Shown: positions 58,531-64,000 of the stretch, in pieces | Position numbering within the stretch: the stretch's first letter is position 1 | Layout: every line of letters begins with the position of its first letter | NCBI RefSeq assembly: GCF_030144855.1 | Contig: NW_026781301.1 | Coordinates: 1-64,000 of the forward strand | Direction of reading: 5' to 3' | Length of the DNA: 64,000 nt | Source: Hypanus sabinus | Lineage: Eukaryota | Translations under genes and position numbers: made by a program | Notes under the pieces: model-generated | Databases searched by the model: none | Told to the model about the DNA's origin: nothing | The model's input: the letters and a program-made list of their open reading frames with translations, nothing else

Positions 58531-60258
58531 TCTTCTCTCTAAATTGGCACAAATATGAGAAAATTATTGACACACAGCTAGAAACGGATATACAACCATT
58601 CTGGAAAGGAAAGTACACGTAGCAAACAGAAAACAAAATTAGCAACAATGATAATATAAACAGATTCAATATATAAGCAAATAGATCGTTCTTAAAAATT
58701 ATATTTGGATAGGTAGATTGTCAATGCTACTGAGTTAGATAATATTGCAATCATGATTTTCACATAAAGAGATTTGTTAGGATAGCACAGATGCCAGGCA
58801 GGATAGTTGAATGCCCCTCTTGTGGGATCTGCGAAGTCATAGAGAACTGCAGTAACCCTGACGAAGACAGCTGCGAGGGCTCAGTTCAGCTGCAGCATCT
58901 GACAACCGCGTTAAGGGGTGGGACTGGAACTGGACGATCTCCAGATCATTCTGGAGGCTGAAGTGGTGATGGACAAGACATACAGAGAGTCAGTTACACC
59001 CAGGGCGCAGGGCACAGTCATGAAGGAGAATCGGCTGAATTGGGCAGTGCAGATTTCCCCTGTGGCCATCTCTCTCAACATTTTGGATACCGTTGCGGAG
59101 TTTGAGAGACGGGAGAAGAACCTGACAGTGTTCCGTCACGGTGGTCGGGTCTCAGGCTCTTAGTTTGTCTCTGTGACTCATGAGAGAAGTGGGCGTTGAG
59201 CGGTGTCTGTGTGTGTTTCGTTGGGGGGGGGGGTCGGTAGCATGAAAGTCACGATTTGATGATAGGATATTCAATATCGGTGCGGGCAGGTGGTTCTCTT
59301 GGCGAAAACGTCAGGGATATATCGGATCGAGTCCTTTTAGCTGGGTGTGTGAGCAGCTTGAAATCTGGCCCATGGACTGAGCAATGACATGGGGACGATG
59401 AGTGACGAAGTACTTCTAGCCAGTTCCACGAGTTAAGAGCGAAGTTAAAAGGCAGGGCCTCCTAGATTTGCTGCCCGTGCTGCGTACTTCTGAGGCCGGA
59501 AGCAAGATGACTATGAAAATTAATAGTTTGCTAAAGAGTTGCTTTTATATCCCATTTCTCTGTAAATGGATGCTAACATTGCATTTGGCTTCCCCACTGT
59601 TCCGCAAATTTTCCTGTAGTGAACTTTCCCTAAAGGCTCTGCACCTCTGCATCTTTCAATGTTCTTCTCCCCTTTGGTAAAATAGCCCAGGCCGATACAG
59701 AGAGTAAAGAGTTTATTATCTCTCGAAGGGGTTCTTTTTATATAACAGCCCTCTGAAAATAGATTGGAACATGCATTTGTCTCCCTCAGCACTGACTCAA
59801 TCTGCAGATTTTCCTGTGAGTCTCCAAGTCTGAACTTTCAACTCCATGAAGTTTGGGATTTTCACAAACTTGGAAAGGCACAATATTAAACACCACCAGG
59901 TCAGTCAGAAAGTTCTGAGCGAATGAGAAATGAGCGTGATTGGTTATGTCCAGACATGAGTTTTCACCAGCTGCTGTGAAACGGAAAAGACGCAGCAACT
60001 TAGTCTAAATACGAGAGTCAGATGATTTATGACTACCGAGCAGTAATTACAGATGGGACAATCCATAAAAACCGTCCGGATGTAGTAACAGAGGATAGAC
60101 AAAGAACAACAACTTATTCAATAGATAAAGCCATTGTAATCACGCACAACATACAGAAATCAATGCTTGAAAAAGGCTACAATATTCGATACCTTCAGGG
60201 TATGGTCCGGCTCAAGATTGACTCGGCCCAAGAACCCCTCATAAAAAGTGTCTAAACT
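58445..60258 (+). repeat. Left arm of an inverted duplication (GPCR cassette 5' flank)
   Basis: Reverse complement of about 60943-62432. About 305 nt (59660-59960) is absent from the right arm. Confidence 0.9.
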
Positions 60259-60259
60259 A

Positions 60260-60880
60260 AAGGGTACAGGAACCGTGGTGCGCACGTGTAATAAAGCCAG
60301 TAAAAAAAAAAGAAAAGCTTACAAATGTTTCAGAGAGCGCGGCAATGATAGAGATCTGGAAGATAATAAGACTAACAGAGAGAAGTTTAAGAAGAAAATT
60401 AGGAGAGCCAGAATGGGCCATTAGAAGTCCTTAGCGGGATGGATGAAGGAAATCCCGAAAACATTCTACAAGTATGTGAAGAGGATAAAAAGTGTAATAA
60501 TGGGACCTACCACGTGCGACAGTGGGACAGTGTGTATGGAGCCGGAGGAAATAGCAGAGGTAACTAATTAATAATTTAGTTCAGTATTAACTATGGAAAA
60601 GGATCTTGGTGATTATACTGATGATCGTCAGCAAAATGAAAAGCTTGAGCATGGAGATATTATGAAAGAAGATGTGCTGGAGCTTTTGGAACGAATGTTT
60701 TGAATATGTCGCCGGAACCCGATGAGATGTAGCCCAGGTATCTGCGGGAGTCGAGTGAGCAGATTGCTGAATCTCTGACGATGTTCCTTGCATCATCAAT
60801 TGGGAAGAAGAGGTTCCGAAGGATTGGCTGGTTGTGGATGCTGTTAATTTATTCATGAAAAGGAGTAGAGATAGTCCATT
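60260..60880 (+). mobile_element. CR1 fragment forming the spacer of the inverted duplication
   Basis: Similar to the CR1 sequence at 54780-55330 and 47400-47720. Confidence 0.75.
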
Positions 60881-60942
60881 TGTTCCATACATTTCTCTAA
60901 GATTTTTTTTTTTGTTCTCAAGAGATCTGTAGTTCAGAATCT

Positions 60943-62432
60943 GGTATAGTCACTTTTTATCAGGTGGTTCTTGGGCCGAATCAATCTTGAGCCGGACCAT
61001 ACTCTGAAGTTATAGAATGTTTTATGTATGTTTATGTGATTACAATGGCTTTATCTATTGAATAAGTTGTTGTTCTTTGTCTATCCTCTGTTACTACATC
61101 CCTACGGTTTTTATGAATTGTCCCATTTGTAATTACTGCTCAGTAGTCATATAATTTGTTCCATTCTGACTCTTGAATTTATAGTAAGTTTTGGCTTCTT
61201 TTCTGTTTCACAGCAGCTGGTGAAAACTTTGAAAGATGCATTGGTGCAGACCATTTTTGGAAAATGCACTACAGGAAAATTTGCAGAACAGTGCGGAAGC
61301 CAAATGCAATGTTAATATCCATTTCCAGAGAAATAGGATAGATAATAGCAACTCTTCAGCTAATTATTTATTTTCATTTTCATCTTGCTTCCGGCCTCAG
61401 AAGTACGTAGCACGGACAGCAAATCCAGGAGGTCCTGCCTTTTAACTTCGCTCTTAACTCCTGGAACTGGCTAGAAGTACTTCGTCACTCATCGTCCCCA
61501 TGTCATTGCTAACTCCATCGGCCAGATTTCAAGCTGATCACACACTCAGTTTAGAGGACTCGGTCCGAGATATCCCTGACGTTTTCACCAAGAGAACCAC
61601 CTGCCCGTACCACTATTGAATATCCTATCATCAGATCGTGACATTCACGCTACCGACCCCGCCCCCCAACGAAACACACACAGAAACCGCTCAACGCCCA
61701 CTTCTCTCATGAGTCACAGAGACAAACTAAGAGCCTGAGACCCGACCACTGCGACTGAACACTGTCAGGTTCTTCACCCACCACTCAAACTCCGCGTCGG
61801 TGTCCAAAATGTTGAGGGAGATGGCCACAGGTGAACGTTGCCCTGCCCCATACTGCCATTTCTCCTTCATGACTGTCACACAGTCTCCTGTGCCCTGCGC
61901 CCTTGGTGTAAATGACTCTATATGTGTCTTGTCCATCACCACTTCAGCCTCCCGAAGATCTGGATCTCGTCCAGATCCAGTTCCACCTCCTTAACGCGGG
62001 TTGTCAGATGCTGCAGCTGAACGCAACTCTCGCCGCTGTCGCCGTCAGGGTGACTGTTCTCTATGCCTTCCCAGATCCAGCAAGAGGAGCATTCAACTAT
62101 CCTGTCTGGCATCTGTGTCATCCTAACGAATCGTTTTATCTGAAAATCACCTAACTCGGTAGCATTGACAATCTACCTATTCAACTATAACTTTTAAGAA
62201 AGATCTAGTTACTTATATATTGAATCTGTTTATATCATCATTATTGCTAATTTCATTTTCTATTTGCTCCGTGTACCTTCCTTTCCAGAATGGTTGTATA
62301 TCAGTTTCTACCTGTGTGTCAATAATTCTCTCTTATTTGTGCCAATTTACAGACAAGATACGCATCCGTGGAGAGCCGACTGCCGGGATTATGAGATATA
62401 CTTCCAATCTGTTTTTGACGGTTTGCAAATAA
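60943..62432 (-). repeat. Right arm of the inverted duplication
   Basis: Reverse complement of 58445-60258. Confidence 0.9.
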
Positions 62433-62492
62433 ACGGTTAAATGCAGCTGTCATTACGTAGAACCTAATTAAGGCAGTGTCCGTCGGGATTGT

Positions 62493-62539
62493 TGACGTCA
62501 CCGCGGAGGTGTTGCTGCTTGTTACCTGTTCTATTAATA
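62493..62539 (+). promoter_or_regulatory. GPCR promoter module: perfect CRE TGACGTCA, 31 nt, TATTAATA
   Basis: Spacing identical to copy 2, 122 nt before the ATG at 62662. Confidence 0.6.
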
Positions 62540-62661
62540 CGTCTCCCTTACAACGACAGGTTTAGTGAGAGCTGCAACTATCCGCTATCAGAGACCAGCG
62601 GGCTCCAGACAGAGAGAGGACAGAGGCTTGATCGGGAACAGGAACCTGGATGTTACCAGCA

Positions 62662-62842
62662 ATGGATCGTTATCTGGGGAATGAATCGCGGAATGCTGCA
62701 GGAATTGCGAAGACTGTTTTCTGGGCGTATCAAAATCTTGTTCAACATTATGAAACGCTGGAACAGGATTATCGAATTATATATGTTCTGAAGACTTTCC
62801 AACTGGTTTACTACCCTGTACTCGCCACTGTAACTGTTCCTA
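62662..62842 (+). CDS. GPR139-like GPCR copy 6, exon 1 (exon 2 expected beyond the window)
   Basis: 181 nt, MDRYLGNES...LVYYPVLATVTVP + A|GTAAGT. An in-frame upstream ATG lies at 62650. Confidence 0.8.
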
Positions 62843-63479
62843 GTAAGTGTATCGTCTCTTCCTCTAGTTTAACGTTGAAACAATATGTCAGCCAATATTT
62901 TTTCAAGATTCGGATGTCTAAATCTTAGAATTAATGAAGCTGCTACATTATGACATCTCTCATAAAGAGGACATATATCCGACTAAAAAAGATATCGCTT
63001 ATCCATAGTCATATGAGCTCTCTGTATCACAAACTGCATGACAGAATGACGAGTACATAACGATGAAGTATTCGCCAGATTAAAAAAAATCATTCCATGT
63101 TTTCTCAGATATTGATGTCTGTAAATCTTGTTCCCAGAGATTTTTATTTTTGTCGAAAGGAACATTCCTCGTCTCCAGTAACGTACCGTCAATATTAAGT
63201 AAAACCATTATGAAAAGTTTTCAAACTAAAACATTACATCTAGTAGGTTCTCCTCTGAGCTTATAGGAAATATACACAATTTTGATCTTCAAATTCTCTG
63301 AATTGTAAATATCTAAAATAGAGAGTTTCGTGTAAGCTATATTGAGCTGACAATTGCTCAAATGAAAAAAGTGGCTTCCTCCAACAAACAGATCACAAAC
63401 ACTTAATACCCAATTTGTCGCATTCTCTAAAGACTAAATCTGTCATGGAGTGCTTAAAACTAGAATAAATGGGATTTGA

Positions 63480-64000
63480 AAGGGAAAATCTCTTTTCGGC
63501 ACACTTTAAATTCATTTTAAGCCTATACCTCTGACGGCATTTTACGGTATTTTTGCAGGACCAGATATTATGCTGAAGGCATGTGATTTACATATTTTGA
63601 CCATTGACACTCTTTTTGCTCGAAGGACGCTTTTGTTTAAATGGAAGGATGTTTTACGTCCGACACATGCTGAATGGTTCCGCAACGTTATGTAATGTCT
63701 TTACAGAGGATTCGTGGTACAATCTATGAATCTCGTCAATACTTTCAAACATGGTGGGGACCTTTTCTCTTTTTTTTCAAAACCTCCAATTCTTTGTTTA
63801 AACTCAGAAGTTGGCTAGTATTTTTTTATTATATGAGAACGCATTTTACTTTCTCTTCCCCTTATGAACAGCTACGGTACTGGTAGGGAATGGGTTGATT
63901 TTCTAATAAATTAGTATAGTTCAATATTACTTTTGATCAACTTACATGAATACGGTGTAATAAGATTGTTATTATGAACAGATATAATATAATTGGTATT
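63480..64000 (+). mobile_element. L1-clade LINE ORF2 C-terminus / 3' fragment
   Basis: LFARRTLLFKWKD..RPTHAEW...IR...YFQTWWGPF motif. Confidence 0.65.

Overview
Vertebrate genomic DNA, inferred to be a cartilaginous fish (probably a ray), from HER1/CR1-type LINEs and the gene families present. It is a draft scaffold with four N gaps. Part 1 (about 0.7-11.3 kb) is the edge of a T-cell-receptor V-segment cluster, most like TRBV. Two V segments look intact, each with a leader exon, V exon and 23-bp-spacer RSS: 4485-5700 on the minus strand and 10572-11283 on the plus strand, the latter inverted relative to the rest. Three more are clear pseudo-V segments. CTCF-like motifs, all in one orientation, and TRBV-decamer-like promoter motifs are interspersed. 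No D, J or C was found. Part 2 (about 13-64 kb) is a tandem and inverted birth-and-death array of a cassette carrying a two-exon class A GPCR of the GPR139/GPR142-like family expanded in cartilaginous fish. It holds one intact 389-aa gene (34852-30803, minus), one copy with a 492-nt in-frame deletion, one exon-1-only copy, one C-terminal-tail-only copy, one site where the whole gene is excised, and one plus-strand exon 1 whose exon 2 would lie beyond the window. Repeats include many CR1 fragments, Rex1/L2-like LINEs, a pol-less Gypsy-like LTR element, a piggyBac transposase fragment, an L1 3' end, a 9 x 27-bp minisatellite and a roughly 1.5-1.8 kb inverted duplication. All calls come from manual reading and translation; no searches were run, and repeat boundaries are approximate.
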